This document shows positions 9,286 through 19,614 of a stretch of DNA of 64,000 nucleotides, in pieces. Location of the stretch: IMG/VR virus record IMGVR_UViG_2770939491_000001; one strand, written 5' to 3'. Below the pieces are notes generated by a model. It saw nothing but the letters and a program-made list of their open reading frames with translations. It was not told the DNA's origin and ran no database searches. A program made the position numbers and the translations under genes. The stretch's first letter is position 1, and every line of letters starts with the position of its first letter. This stretch comes from an uncultured virus (IMG/VR IMGVR_UViG_2770939491_000001) (Duplodnaviria; Heunggongvirae; Uroviricota; Caudoviricetes).

Positions 9286-10001
9286 ACGCCCACCCCCGGG
9301 TAGCGGTCGATGATGGTCTTGCGTGGCTTCTTGGACAGGTAGCGTTCGATCGCCAACACCCGGTCACGTTCGTCGGCATCAACGGCTTCGAGGTACTCGA
9401 GGACCTCGTCGACCGTGTGCAGGCAGGGGTTCCAGCCGGGGTCGCGCACTGGCACGTTTGTCACGTAAGCGCCGTCGCTGGATGGGCGCCCGTACTGTGG
9501 TGAGCCCTTCACCTTGCCGGTGCCGCTGCCTTCGACGCCCTCGACGATGCGGTCGTCCGACGGCACAGCGCCTTGCGGGTCGAAGCCCATCGCCTCCGCG
9601 AGTGCACGTTTCGCGTCCTGGGGCAGCGACGCGACGAACTCCTTCAGGTCGAACTGCGACCGGTCAGGGGCATCGATCGGTTCCCAGACGCCCGGTGACA
9701 CCAGCCAATGTGGGTCGGTTTGCCGTGGCCGCTGGTATTTGATCTTCCGCTCGGACGGAATGGTCGAACCGGGTGGGCGTGCACCGCAATCCCATTGCCG
9801 CCGAGAGACCTCGCGGAGGTACTCGATCGGGAAAGGCAGCGGCGCGCCCTTCATCCCCGGGAGCCCCGAATACATCCACAGGAAGGCTTCTTCGGGGCAG
9901 TTGGGGTTGCAGTTTTCGAAGGTCGGGAAGTCCCCGGCCTTCAACCACGGTGAGGTATCGACCTCTTGCGGCTCTTGGACGCGCGCCGACTTCTTCGACA
10001 T
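9282..10001 (-). CDS. Minor tail protein (DUF2744-like)
   Basis: PTFENCNPNCPEEAFLWMYSGLPG motif of mycobacteriophage minor tails. Confidence 0.8.
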   Translation of the reverse strand: MSKKSARVQEPQEVDTSPWLKAGDFPTFENCNPNCPEEAFLWMYSGLPGMKGAPLPFPIEYLREVSRRQWDCGARPPGSTIPSERKIKYQRPRQTDPHWLVSPGVWEPIDAPDRSQFDLKEFVASLPQDAKRALAEAMGFDPQGAVPSDDRIVEGVEGSGTGKVKGSPQYGRPSSDGAYVTNVPVRDPGWNPCLHTVDEVLEYLEAVDADERDRVLAIERYLSKKPRKTIIDRYPGVGV

Positions 10002-10016
10002 TCGATGTGCTCCTGG

Positions 10017-11723
10017 CTATCGGCCGTGGACGGCGAGCTGCTGGACGAGCGAACCGAGGTCCGCGATCAGTGACAGGGCTCGTTGGCCGCGGTCCTTGTT
10101 CTTTTCCTTCTCACCGATGACGGGCACCCATTCCGGGGGTGATTCCCGGTCCCAGGCGAGGGTGAGTTCGCGGACGCGGTCGACGTAGATGATGTGATCG
10201 TCGACGTAGAGGGTGGAGGCGAAGTCTCCGATAACCTGTGCGCCGATTCGATCACCGATGAAGAAGTGGCCTTTGCCTTGGTCACCGATAAACCACGGTG
10301 CGCCGTCGCGAATATTGATCTCATGGCTGAACCAGGAGCGTGTTTCGTGCAGTGCCTTTCGAAGCGATAGCAATGCTTCGAGGGTGTATGCGCGGTCCGA
10401 TCCGGAGGCTAGGACTTCGAATGGTCGCGCCCATCCAGAATTCGCGATTCGGCCCGGACTTGCTATCCGCATCCAGGCGGCGATGGTGTCCCAGTAGAAA
10501 ACTTGAGCGACGGCATCCACGGCACCGCCAATGGGGGGCACGACGATTGCGGCGGCCAACAGATCGCCTGCCGTTTGAATGGCCGCTGAGATCAATTCGT
10601 TAACAAAAGGAAACGAATGGCCACCGGCCACGACCTGAACGGCGGTCGACGGGGTGAAGATGAACTTCGACGATTCGATGCCCGTTTCTTCACCTTCGAG
10701 GTAAATCACGTACGGGCATGACTTGTCAGTGAGGCGGAGCCCTGGGATTTTGTAGGATCCGGGGATCGCGGGGTCGACGATGTCTTCGACAATGGGGTCG
10801 ATGAAGTCTTCGACGAATTTCGCGACGGTGCGTTTCAAACCGAGGAATGGGTCGCCACCGTTGGAGGTGTCGGAGTAGTACCCGGACTTGTCGACGATGT
10901 CGACGACGAGCGCCCCGTTGCGGAGGATTTGACCGTCGATCGGCTGTTCATCATCGGCCGCAATGAAACGGCGGACCTGGATCGACAGTTCGGCGTCTTC
11001 GAGGATGTCTTTCGCCATGTCGACCCAGCGTTTGAAACGTGAGTTCGGCACTGACCAGAGGGTTCCGGCCATCATGTCTTCGGCGAATGTGGTGGGTTTG
11101 ACGACGACCGACCAGTTGCCCATTCCGGGTGCGCTGGAGTTCTGGTCCATGGGGTCGTCGGGGAGCCCCCACCAGTTGTCCTGCTCGCGCATCACGTTCA
11201 GGAACAGCGCTGTCTTCAACGCCCAAATACTGGGTCCTGCCAGGAAGAACACGCGCGGGAACTGCACGAAATCGGGCAGGAACGGGTTACACCATGCGAG
11301 GTAGTACTCCAGGATACTTAGATCGTGGAGCCATCGGACTACCAAAACACGGGTGCCGTCTTCTCTTTTTTCAACCGTGTGGTCGTGGATACGTCCGGAC
11401 CAGCGGGCGCCGTCTTTGTCGACGGTGATGTAGACGTTGCGTTTCTCGCCGCGTTGGATACGCGCGGAGACTTGCCAGATCCATTTTGCAAGCGGGTCGT
11501 CGAGCGGGATCTCGGTCAGTCCTGGGCCGACTTCGTTGTCCAGCCAAGTGAAGCTGGCCGAATATTCGCTGTCGAGCGTTCCCACCAGATTGAAATCTCC
11601 CGACCAGACCCTCATCAGGGGCGGCTCGAGTCGCGCTCGGCGGTCCGCTTCCTCAGCGGCGACAGTCGCGTCCCAGATAGCCTTGCATTGCTCTTCGAGA
11701 CTCAGTTCAACGAGTTCAGGCAA
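10017..11723 (-). CDS. Minor tail / baseplate hub protein
   Basis: 568 aa; PPLMRVW, NPFLP...QFPR, GHFFIGDRIG motifs; second gene after the tape measure. Confidence 0.85.
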   Translation of the reverse strand: MPELVELSLEEQCKAIWDATVAAEEADRRARLEPPLMRVWSGDFNLVGTLDSEYSASFTWLDNEVGPGLTEIPLDDPLAKWIWQVSARIQRGEKRNVYITVDKDGARWSGRIHDHTVEKREDGTRVLVVRWLHDLSILEYYLAWCNPFLPDFVQFPRVFFLAGPSIWALKTALFLNVMREQDNWWGLPDDPMDQNSSAPGMGNWSVVVKPTTFAEDMMAGTLWSVPNSRFKRWVDMAKDILEDAELSIQVRRFIAADDEQPIDGQILRNGALVVDIVDKSGYYSDTSNGGDPFLGLKRTVAKFVEDFIDPIVEDIVDPAIPGSYKIPGLRLTDKSCPYVIYLEGEETGIESSKFIFTPSTAVQVVAGGHSFPFVNELISAAIQTAGDLLAAAIVVPPIGGAVDAVAQVFYWDTIAAWMRIASPGRIANSGWARPFEVLASGSDRAYTLEALLSLRKALHETRSWFSHEINIRDGAPWFIGDQGKGHFFIGDRIGAQVIGDFASTLYVDDHIIYVDRVRELTLAWDRESPPEWVPVIGEKEKNKDRGQRALSLIADLGSLVQQLAVHGR

Positions 11724-11792
11724 TATTCGTCACATCCCAAAGATTCTGCGATCATCTGGAATTAAAGCCAGCGCACAGAGGTTGAATAGGGG

Positions 11793-12359
11793 GTGTCGAC
11801 AAACAACACCGAAGCCCCCAGCGAAATTTGGCGTCCAGTAGTTGGCGCCGAAGGTAAGTACTCGGTTTCAAATCACGGACGAGTGAGGACCGAAGCCAGG
11901 ATGCTGACCCGAAGCAACGGCACCAGCTACACAGTCAGGGAGCGAATCCTGACCCTCATCACGTGTCCGATTGGCCGAAAGAAGGTGACGATCAATTACG
12001 AGCCGGATCGAACGCCTCAGCGTTTCGTTCACCAGCTTGTAACGGAGTCCTTCATTGGGGCCCGTCCGCCGGGTCTTGAGGTCTGCCACAACAACGGCGA
12101 TCCCGGCGACAACCGCCTGTCGAACCTTCGCTACGGAACGCGCAGTGAGAACACGTTTGACCGCGTACGTCACGGAACCCACCACGAGGCGATAAAGACT
12201 CACTGCCCGCAAGGCCACCCGTACGACGAGATAAACACCCTGGTGTACACCCGCCCCAGTGGCGAAACGGATCGCCGATGCCGCGCATGCCGCCGCGAGC
12301 AGAGCCGAAACCGGATGCGCCGCGTGCGCGCTGCCCAACGCGAGCAGCGCGCCGCTTAG
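11793..12359 (+). CDS. NUMOD4-HNH homing endonuclease, antisense within the tail operon
   Basis: EIWRPVVG...YSVSNHGRVR (NUMOD4); VHQLV...CHNNGDPGDNRLSNL (HNH); C-terminal THCPQGH...CRAC. Confidence 0.92.
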   Translation: MSTNNTEAPSEIWRPVVGAEGKYSVSNHGRVRTEARMLTRSNGTSYTVRERILTLITCPIGRKKVTINYEPDRTPQRFVHQLVTESFIGARPPGLEVCHNNGDPGDNRLSNLRYGTRSENTFDRVRHGTHHEAIKTHCPQGHPYDEINTLVYTRPSGETDRRCRACRREQSRNRMRRVRAAQREQRAA

Positions 12360-13285
12360 CGGCTCTCCCAAACATGCGACCATCGCCGCTGGCAATACAC
12401 GTCGACTCGGGCACCACCAACGGGGGCGCCCTCAACTTTCACCGGCAGGTTCGTTTCCGGTGTTTTCGGTGGGATCTGGTGCAGGAACGAAATACCGTTC
12501 ATGCGGCCCGCGAGGTTGGTGCCCGCGAAGTCACGCACCTGGAGCTTGTCGCGGTACAGGGTGATTCGGGCGCCACCCTCGAGCGCGGTCAGTTCCGGGA
12601 GGGTGATCTTCCGGTTAGGCCATTGCCCGCCTGGGATTCGGTGGTGCTTCTTCCCGGTCCACGTGTAGTCCGGGAGGGTCCAGATTCCACGTGTGACTAC
12701 CCATTGCAGCCACATCGGTTGATCGGTCGGGTTCGAAATGGTGACGAACCCTTCCGAGGTGCCGGTGGACCCGGTTTGGAAGTAGTCGTACGGGGTGTTC
12801 TCGTACTTGTCTTCGAACCAGAATGGTTGATCAGCGACAACCGCCATCGGCTGAACCGATGACCGGGTCAGCCGCGGGTCGTGTTTCGATTCGAATTCGA
12901 CCGTGTCGTTCTTCGCCAACCACAGGCTGCGCGTCCCTGACGATGGTGTCGTGACCGACATTTTCGTCAGGGTTGATGTCGGATCCCATCGGTCGGCTTC
13001 GTAGTCCCAGGCGGCGTTCCACCGGCTCTGGAGGTCCTGCCATTCTTCGGGGGTTTCACCGTGAATGTTTACGGCGAACGTGATGTCACGTTGTTTGTAT
13101 CGTTTGCCCTCGTAGGTCGCACCTTTTTGGAAGACGCTCGACTTCCTCAACGTGGTGACAGGCGCGTCGAAAATACCCTTGATGTTTGGTGCCAAGAAGA
13201 GTTTTTCCGACGCGCCCGCGCCGTTGATCAGGAAGTGCGAGCCGTCCGGTCCGTAGATGTCGATCCGGGCGGACTCAAGCATCAA
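12356..13285 (-). CDS. Distal tail protein (Dit-like)
   Basis: 309 aa directly after the tape measure; ISNPTDQPMWLQW motif. Confidence 0.8.
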   Translation of the reverse strand: MMLESARIDIYGPDGSHFLINGAGASEKLFLAPNIKGIFDAPVTTLRKSSVFQKGATYEGKRYKQRDITFAVNIHGETPEEWQDLQSRWNAAWDYEADRWDPTSTLTKMSVTTPSSGTRSLWLAKNDTVEFESKHDPRLTRSSVQPMAVVADQPFWFEDKYENTPYDYFQTGSTGTSEGFVTISNPTDQPMWLQWVVTRGIWTLPDYTWTGKKHHRIPGGQWPNRKITLPELTALEGGARITLYRDKLQVRDFAGTNLAGRMNGISFLHQIPPKTPETNLPVKVEGAPVGGARVDVYCQRRWSHVWESR

Positions 13286-13290
13286 TGGCG

Positions 13291-16200
13291 TTAGCCCCTT
13301 GCAGTTGCCGTGTGCTGAAGCGCACGCATATCGCGAATCAACTCGGCCTTGCGGTACGCCTCATCGACGTTCGGCGTTGTCAAATTGATGGTGGTCGAGT
13401 TGTCGATGGTGGTCAGCGAGCCGCTTTCCCCGTTGCCCTTGAGGACTCGGTTAGCGGTGCCGGTCGCCGGCACTGAGGCGGCCTGGTACCCGGACTGAGC
13501 CAAGGTTTGGGATGCCTGCGTTGATGCCGACCGTGCCTGCTGCCACGTCGACAAGGTCTCCCCGTAATCGGTGACCGCAGAAGGGATCAGGTCCCGTGGA
13601 TCCGGGAGGCCGAGCGGATCGAGCGTGCTCGATACCAAGTCCTCGAACCCGGTCGACAAGGCGGATGTGAACCGCGACTGCGCGTTCACGCCGACCTGCT
13701 CGAACGTCTCTACGCCCGAGTCGGATGTGGTCGGCGTCGTGGACGGGGTCGGTGAGGTGACGGTGTCGGTGTTGAGTGGTTCCGGGATCGTCTGGGCCTG
13801 CGGGTTTTCAGCGACGCCAGCCTTTTGGGCTTGCATGTTGTCGATGAACTGCCGGAACATCAACCACTGGGGGTTGGTCAGGACCGCTTCGGGCAGGCCC
13901 GAGGTGTTCCACCCGAAGGTGTTGTTCTCGAAGATGCCGCCCTGGTCGTAACCGTGGCCCTTGCCCCAGTCGGTGGTCAGGTCGTTGCCGTACCGGGACC
14001 GGTAGTAGCGCAACGCTGCGACCATGTTCGCCAGCGGGTCTGTGCGGTCATTCGGTAGCGACGGGTCGCGGTGAGCCGCGAATGTGCCAGGAATGATCTG
14101 CAGGAGACCCTGGGCTTCGTTGCCGCCGGAGTTGACGTCCTGGACCTGTTGGATGATCGACGGGTTGCCACCGGACTCGGACTGGATCTGCGCCATCATG
14201 GCGTTGACCTGTGCCGGGTCGTCGGCGTTGAACCCTTCGCGGCGCATCGCTTCCATGGCGAGGTCACGCCACTGCTCGACGCCGTCGGTGGGGTTGTAGT
14301 TCGCTCCCCCACCACCGGATGAGCCGGAGCCCAACACTTTGGTGGCGAGCGCTTCGACCATCTTCTGGGCGAACGCCTTCGGGATCTTCCCGGCCTCCCC
14401 CAGGCCTTCGATGTCAGGAACGGAGTTCGCGACGTTGCGAAGTGGGTTCAGCAGGAGGGTGTTCGCGAGCGCGTTTCGGCCACTGCGGACCGCGCCGCCG
14501 AGGACTGACCCGATGCGGGAGAAGATCGACGCCTTCTCTTCATCGGACAGGTTGCCGAGGAAATCGTTTGCGCCCCAATGGACATGGTCCATGTGCTGGG
14601 CGTTCGTGGTTGCGCCGAAGTCGTGCGGCTGACCTTCGTCGAGGTTCTGCCACCCGTTGAGTGGCCAGTGGATCAGCTCCGCTGACTGTGGGTAGGTGTT
14701 GTAGATCCAGCGGGCGATTTCCTGCATCGGGCCGCCGAGGTCGATGGCCTTGCCCTGCATATGCAGGTCGTAGCCACTGCCTACGTCGGTGAAGCGCTTG
14801 CCCGAAGTCAGCACCGCATCGGGGATCGCGGTGCGCACCAGATCCCACAGTTGAGCCTGGATCGGGTCGAGCGGGTCGCTGGTCTGGACGACACCACCGC
14901 CGTCGGCGTAACCCTGGGGGCCATCACCTTGCGGCTTGGACTGCAGACCACCGCCTTGCAAGACCGCGCCACGCATCTTGTACATGGCTTCGTGCCCGCC
15001 CGCGGCTTTGACCTCGTCGGCCGTCCAGACGTGTTCGCCGTTGGACAGCCGGTACAGCCCGGCCTTGTCGTCCTTTGGTCCGCCGGGGCCCTTCACAGGG
15101 CCGCCGGGACCACCCATCCAACGGCCGCCGACGTGCCCGCCCGGTTCGGGGCGGGTTGGGCGGCCTGCGAAGAAGTCACCGGTTCCGGTGCCGACCTTGT
15201 CGATCGGATCCCAGGTCGGGAGGCCGAGTTTCGAGGCGACCTTGTTCCACAGTTCACCGAAGGTGTTGAGGATGTCGATGACCGCGTTGATCGGGCCCTG
15301 CAGTTTGCCCGGCAGGGTGCCCCAGGAGGTGCCGATACCGCCGGTGATGCCGTCGAAGAACGATGGCAGCCCGGTGAAACTGCTGGTCAGGTTGCCCAGT
15401 ACTGTGCTGCCGACGAGCGTTTCGACGACGGTCTTGACTTTGCTGCCCATGCTGGCCCAGGAGGCTCCGGCTTCCTGGTCGACGTGTTCGTCGGAGTCGA
15501 GGGCGACCTGCTTCTGCCCTGTCGACAAGGTTGGCAAAGCGCCACCGGAACCGGTGAGGCCGCTGATGATTCCGTGCAGCTTCGTGCCGAAGTTCAACCA
15601 GGAGGTGCCAGCCGAGTTCGAGTTCGTCTCGGCCGAAGTAGCCAGACCCTGGAAGTTCTCAGACAGCCCGGTGATCTTGGCGTTAGCCTCGTCGTCGTCT
15701 TCGGCCAGCCACTGCCACAGCCCACCGAGACCGGTAGCGCTCCGAGTGAGCGGCGAATCGAGGATCTTGTCGCCGAGGCTGCCTTCTTTGACGCCGGGGA
15801 AGAACCCGCCCGTATGGTCGAGTTTGTTGCCGTGCTTGTCGACGCGCTCGCCGTCGTAGTTGTAGTACTCGTCCCCCATCCAGAAGTTCTTCTTGGTCCT
15901 GGATGGATCGATCTCGGTGGGGAGACGCGGTCGGGTTTCGTTGAAGCCGTCGAGCCCGGCGCCATCGCTGCCTTGGGGGGACAGGATCGGCGGGTTCGAT
16001 GGGGTTTCGTCGAACCCGTTCAGTCCGCCACCGTCTGGGCCGGTGCGGTCTTCCGGCGCCTGCTCCGGGGGCTTCTGCCCGGTTGGTTCTGGTTCGGGGA
16101 GTAGCCCGAGGTCGTCGGCGATTTGGTACGCCGTCTTCATCAGGTCGACGATGGCTTGGACGGTCGCCTTGATGTCGGCGAAGAAGTCCTTCACCGCCTG

Positions 16201-18747
16201 CTGACCTTCGGGGGTCTTCAGGAAGTCGTTCCATTCGGACAGCGTTGTTTTGATGCTGTCGAGCCAGGATTCGCCGGTTTCGTCGCTGCCCCGGAAGAGG
16301 CTGTTGATGACCCCGCCGATTTGCTTGACGATCTCCCAGATTTCGTTGAAGGTGTCGAGCGATTCGCGAAGGAACCCTTTGAATTTGTTCTGTCCCTCTT
16401 CGGATTCCGCCCATTCGCGGAAGTCCTTCATCAAGTTCGCGAATCGTTCCGCACCTGATGGCATGAAGTCGGAGCCGACCCCTGCGAGGGACAGCATCGC
16501 CTGGAGCAGGTCGTTGATGCCGTCAAGCAGCGGGCCGATCGACTTGCGAGTGTTCTCGAAGATGCGGGCGAACTTCGACCGCGATGATTCGGTTTCCAGG
16601 TCGGCGAACGCCCGACGCAGGCCGCCATTGATCTCGGTAGCGATGCCGCCGAGCCCGGTTTTCAGATCGGGGATCCATTTGCGGACGAGGCTGCCGATGG
16701 AGTCGCCCATTTTGTCGAGCAGCTTTTCCTGCACGAACGAACGGAGTTCACCCAATGCTGGTTTCAGGTCCAGCATGGTTTGCACCAGCGCGCGTGCGGC
16801 CGGTGACAGGCTCGCCATCTTGCGGGCGAATTCGTCGGCGGCATCGCCGCCGTCATTCAACGCCTCAACGACCGCCTGCTGCGCCTCCGCCAGTTGGGAT
16901 TTGGCGTCAGTGAGGGACTGATGCGCATCAGTAAGCGTTTGGTTCGCGTCGGTCTCAGCCTGTGCGGCTTCGGCGACACGTTCCTGCGCCGCGACGACCT
17001 GGTCAGAGCCCTCGACGCCCTTGACGTTGGCCTCGTTGACCTGCTGTTGCAGTTCACGGGACTCACGCAGGGTGTCCTGCTGATCAGCCAACGCCTGGTT
17101 GTAGTTGTATACGGCGCGGCGCCGGTCGGTGGCAGATGCGTCGGAATCCTTGAAGGTTTCCTGCATCGCTTCCCAGGCTTCGGCGACCGCGATGGCGGCG
17201 CCTTCCTCGTTCAGCGAGGTTCGGCCGAGTTGCCGGTTAAGGTCTTCGAGTTCCTTGGTGGCGTCCTCGCGGGCCTTCGTCAGCGCCTTCTGCGCAGTGG
17301 CAGAAGCCTTCTGCGCCGACTGCACACCACGCTCAGCAGAGGCCACACCACGTTCAGCGGACGCAACACCACGCGCTGCCGCGGTAGCTTGTTTCTGGGC
17401 GGATGCAACGGCTTTCGCCTGCGCCTCTGCCTGCTTTGCGGCGCCTTCGCGGGCCTTCTCGGCAGCTTTGAACGCATCGGTGATGCCGCGGGTGCCGACC
17501 ACGATGGTGGCGATGACGGAGGCGAATCCGGCAAACGCTGCAGGCAGGAGCGCGACGACGCCGGCGGCTTGGGTGAGTTGCCCGAGCAGCGGGACCAATG
17601 ACACCGCGGCGAGCGCGATGAGCGCGACTTTGGCGACGCCGACCAGGTTCGTGAAGCTGAACAGGTTACGGATCGCGAGGTCGGAGGCGGCGTTGAATGC
17701 ACTGAGCCCAGCACCGAGGGCGCTGCCGATGGAACCTTGCCGGTTGCGGGCACGGTCGACGCGGTCGTGGGCGTCGGCCTCTTGGTTCATGAGGGAGCTG
17801 AGGCGGCCGGTGGCGTCGGCATGGTCGCGTCGGGCGCGGGCGAGGCGTTGTTCGGACGCGATCCGCTGCGACGCGGACGCATTGCTATTGGCCAGCACCT
17901 CGGCGTGGCGTTGCTCGGCGAGGTTGAGCCGGTCGAGGGTGTCGCCCTGTTGGCGGCGGGCGTTCTCCAGGCGGGCGAGGACGTTGGCCAGCTCGGCTTC
18001 CGCGCGTGCCACCGAGGCCCGGTCGACCTCCACCTGGAGGCGGATCGCGCGCACGGTCTGGGAGAAGATCCCGCCACGGCGGCCCCGCAACGCATTGCGG
18101 GCGGCACCGTTGGCGCCGATCGCTCCGACGTCGTCCCCGACGGACGCGGCGAGAGACCGCAGCGCCATCAGCTGAGCGACTGCCGCGGTGGTGTCGACGT
18201 TGACGTTCATCGACAGCGGGCTGGCGGCGACCGCGATGCGGAAGTCCTCGATCTGCCGGACGGCTTCGCTCAGGTCGAGCTTCATCCGCAACTCGGCCTC
18301 GGGCAAAGTCGATTTCAGGCCGCGAATCTTCTGCCGGAGTCCTGCTTCGGACAGGCGCAGGGTGACGGTGGCTTCGACGCCGGCGGCGGCTTCATTGACT
18401 TTGCCGCGCAGGGTGGTGCGGAATCCTTTCGCCAGGTCCGGCGAGAACAGGATCTTCGTACCGGCTTCGCGGGCTTCGGTTTTCGCCGCTGCTTTCAGTT
18501 CGGTGCGGAACCGGGGCGCCAGCTTGTACCCGAATTCGATCTTCGCGCCAGCCTTTTCGGCGGCGTCTTTCGCCTTCGTCTTGACGTCGGCGTTGAAGCC
18601 CTTCGCCAGGACCGGTTTCAGAGTCACATTCAGCGACTCGTCGATCGGTTTGAGAAGGGCTTTCACCGATGCCCGGAAATTGCTCGCGAGTGCCGGGCGG
18701 AGGTAGATGCGGGCCGAGCCAGCGTTGTACGCACCGAAGGTGGCCAT
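13291..18747 (-). CDS. Tape measure protein with cell-wall hydrolase domains
   Basis: 1818 aa Ala-rich coiled coil; SLT motif QSESGGNP...GLLQIIPGTF; HMQGKAID...HMDHVH peptidase-like motif. Confidence 0.95.
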   Translation of the reverse strand: MATFGAYNAGSARIYLRPALASNFRASVKALLKPIDESLNVTLKPVLAKGFNADVKTKAKDAAEKAGAKIEFGYKLAPRFRTELKAAAKTEAREAGTKILFSPDLAKGFRTTLRGKVNEAAAGVEATVTLRLSEAGLRQKIRGLKSTLPEAELRMKLDLSEAVRQIEDFRIAVAASPLSMNVNVDTTAAVAQLMALRSLAASVGDDVGAIGANGAARNALRGRRGGIFSQTVRAIRLQVEVDRASVARAEAELANVLARLENARRQQGDTLDRLNLAEQRHAEVLANSNASASQRIASEQRLARARRDHADATGRLSSLMNQEADAHDRVDRARNRQGSIGSALGAGLSAFNAASDLAIRNLFSFTNLVGVAKVALIALAAVSLVPLLGQLTQAAGVVALLPAAFAGFASVIATIVVGTRGITDAFKAAEKAREGAAKQAEAQAKAVASAQKQATAAARGVASAERGVASAERGVQSAQKASATAQKALTKAREDATKELEDLNRQLGRTSLNEEGAAIAVAEAWEAMQETFKDSDASATDRRRAVYNYNQALADQQDTLRESRELQQQVNEANVKGVEGSDQVVAAQERVAEAAQAETDANQTLTDAHQSLTDAKSQLAEAQQAVVEALNDGGDAADEFARKMASLSPAARALVQTMLDLKPALGELRSFVQEKLLDKMGDSIGSLVRKWIPDLKTGLGGIATEINGGLRRAFADLETESSRSKFARIFENTRKSIGPLLDGINDLLQAMLSLAGVGSDFMPSGAERFANLMKDFREWAESEEGQNKFKGFLRESLDTFNEIWEIVKQIGGVINSLFRGSDETGESWLDSIKTTLSEWNDFLKTPEGQQAVKDFFADIKATVQAIVDLMKTAYQIADDLGLLPEPEPTGQKPPEQAPEDRTGPDGGGLNGFDETPSNPPILSPQGSDGAGLDGFNETRPRLPTEIDPSRTKKNFWMGDEYYNYDGERVDKHGNKLDHTGGFFPGVKEGSLGDKILDSPLTRSATGLGGLWQWLAEDDDEANAKITGLSENFQGLATSAETNSNSAGTSWLNFGTKLHGIISGLTGSGGALPTLSTGQKQVALDSDEHVDQEAGASWASMGSKVKTVVETLVGSTVLGNLTSSFTGLPSFFDGITGGIGTSWGTLPGKLQGPINAVIDILNTFGELWNKVASKLGLPTWDPIDKVGTGTGDFFAGRPTRPEPGGHVGGRWMGGPGGPVKGPGGPKDDKAGLYRLSNGEHVWTADEVKAAGGHEAMYKMRGAVLQGGGLQSKPQGDGPQGYADGGGVVQTSDPLDPIQAQLWDLVRTAIPDAVLTSGKRFTDVGSGYDLHMQGKAIDLGGPMQEIARWIYNTYPQSAELIHWPLNGWQNLDEGQPHDFGATTNAQHMDHVHWGANDFLGNLSDEEKASIFSRIGSVLGGAVRSGRNALANTLLLNPLRNVANSVPDIEGLGEAGKIPKAFAQKMVEALATKVLGSGSSGGGGANYNPTDGVEQWRDLAMEAMRREGFNADDPAQVNAMMAQIQSESGGNPSIIQQVQDVNSGGNEAQGLLQIIPGTFAAHRDPSLPNDRTDPLANMVAALRYYRSRYGNDLTTDWGKGHGYDQGGIFENNTFGWNTSGLPEAVLTNPQWLMFRQFIDNMQAQKAGVAENPQAQTIPEPLNTDTVTSPTPSTTPTTSDSGVETFEQVGVNAQSRFTSALSTGFEDLVSSTLDPLGLPDPRDLIPSAVTDYGETLSTWQQARSASTQASQTLAQSGYQAASVPATGTANRVLKGNGESGSLTTIDNSTTINLTTPNVDEAYRKAELIRDMRALQHTATARG

Positions 18748-18763
18748 AGGGCACCGCCTCTAT

Positions 18764-19222
18764 TCAGATGTTGACGCCCAGCTTTTTCAGGGCGTCCATA
18801 ACGCTGATTTGGTCGAGCTTTTCCCGCGCAATGGCTTCCGCTGTGCGCGGTCGCGGTTCGGCGGGCATGGGGGGCGGCAGTTTCCCTGTCAGCGACCCCG
18901 GGATGACCCGCATCAGCTCCTTGAGCAGGTCAATCTGTCTGAGCTGCAGAAGGACTGGCAGCGAGTAGCCGACGAACGACAATGGTTGTTGTTCATCGGA
19001 GAGCGGCTGCTGGGCTCGCTCGAACCCGATCCGTTCGTCGGCGGCGACCGCGGCCTGATACCAGCTGTCCATCGGGAGACGGCGCAGCAGTCGGTACAGC
19101 TGTGGCCACGGGCGTACACCACGGAAGTAGTCGAGCAGGTCCCAACCGAACCGGTCGGCCAGGTCGTATTCGATTTCTTCCCCGAAATCCTCGATGAGGA
19201 TTACGAGGCCGAGGCGCCCCCC
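18764..19222 (-). CDS. Tail assembly chaperone, C-terminal (-1 frameshift) part
   Basis: The -1 frame from the slippery site reads GRLGLVILIEDFGEEIEYDL...RLPMDSWYQ without a stop into ORF 18764..19072. Confidence 0.8.
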   Translation of the reverse strand, partial: GGRLGLVILIEDFGEEIEYDLADRFGWDLLDYFRGVRPWPQLYRLLRRLPMDSWYQAAVAADERIGFERAQQPLSDEQQPLSFVGYSLPVLLQLRQIDLLKELMRVIPGSLTGKLPPPMPAEPRPRTAEAIAREKLDQISVMDALKKLGVNI

Positions 19223-19587
19223 GGCAGATCACCGGCTTCGGTCGGCAGGGAGTGGAAGTGGGCGTTGATGTCCTCGAGCAGTGGGAGGATGACGTTGGCG
19301 TCAACGGTTCGCACCACGTCCCAGACCGCGTCGTAGGAGTCGCCGAGCACAGCCTTGATCAGGCGTGGGAGGTTGGCGGGGTCGACGCTGCCGCGTTTGT
19401 CGATCAGTTCGGCGAAGGCCAGCACCTGCTCGGAAGTCACCGGTTCATGCACCGGGGTGGGCGGGTTGGTGCCGTCGAACATGTACGGTTCGGTCTTCTC
19501 GCGAGCCTGCTCGGCGTCGGCGCGCATCTTCGCCCATCGCGACATGGGGGCGGTCTCGGTTACAGCGGTGGTCTTCTTGGAAGCCAT
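19201..19587 (-). CDS. Tail assembly chaperone
   Basis: 128 aa between the major tail and tape measure; slippery heptamer near its 3' end. Confidence 0.85.
   Translation of the reverse strand: MASKKTTAVTETAPMSRWAKMRADAEQAREKTEPYMFDGTNPPTPVHEPVTSEQVLAFAELIDKRGSVDPANLPRLIKAVLGDSYDAVWDVVRTVDANVILPLLEDINAHFHSLPTEAGDLPGGASAS
19216..19222 (-). promoter_or_regulatory. Programmed -1 frameshift site G-GGG-GGC
   Basis: In-frame X-XXY-YYZ heptamer in ...CCG GGG GGC GCC... Confidence 0.7.
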
Positions 19588-19614
19588 TTTCGTTCTCCTG
19601 GCGGGAGTGGAGGG

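Noticed and set aside
15960..16045. Short duplicated peptide in the tape measure (DGGGLNGFDET / DGAGLDGFNET)
   Set aside because: Two degenerate in-frame copies in a linker; no evidence of a separate function
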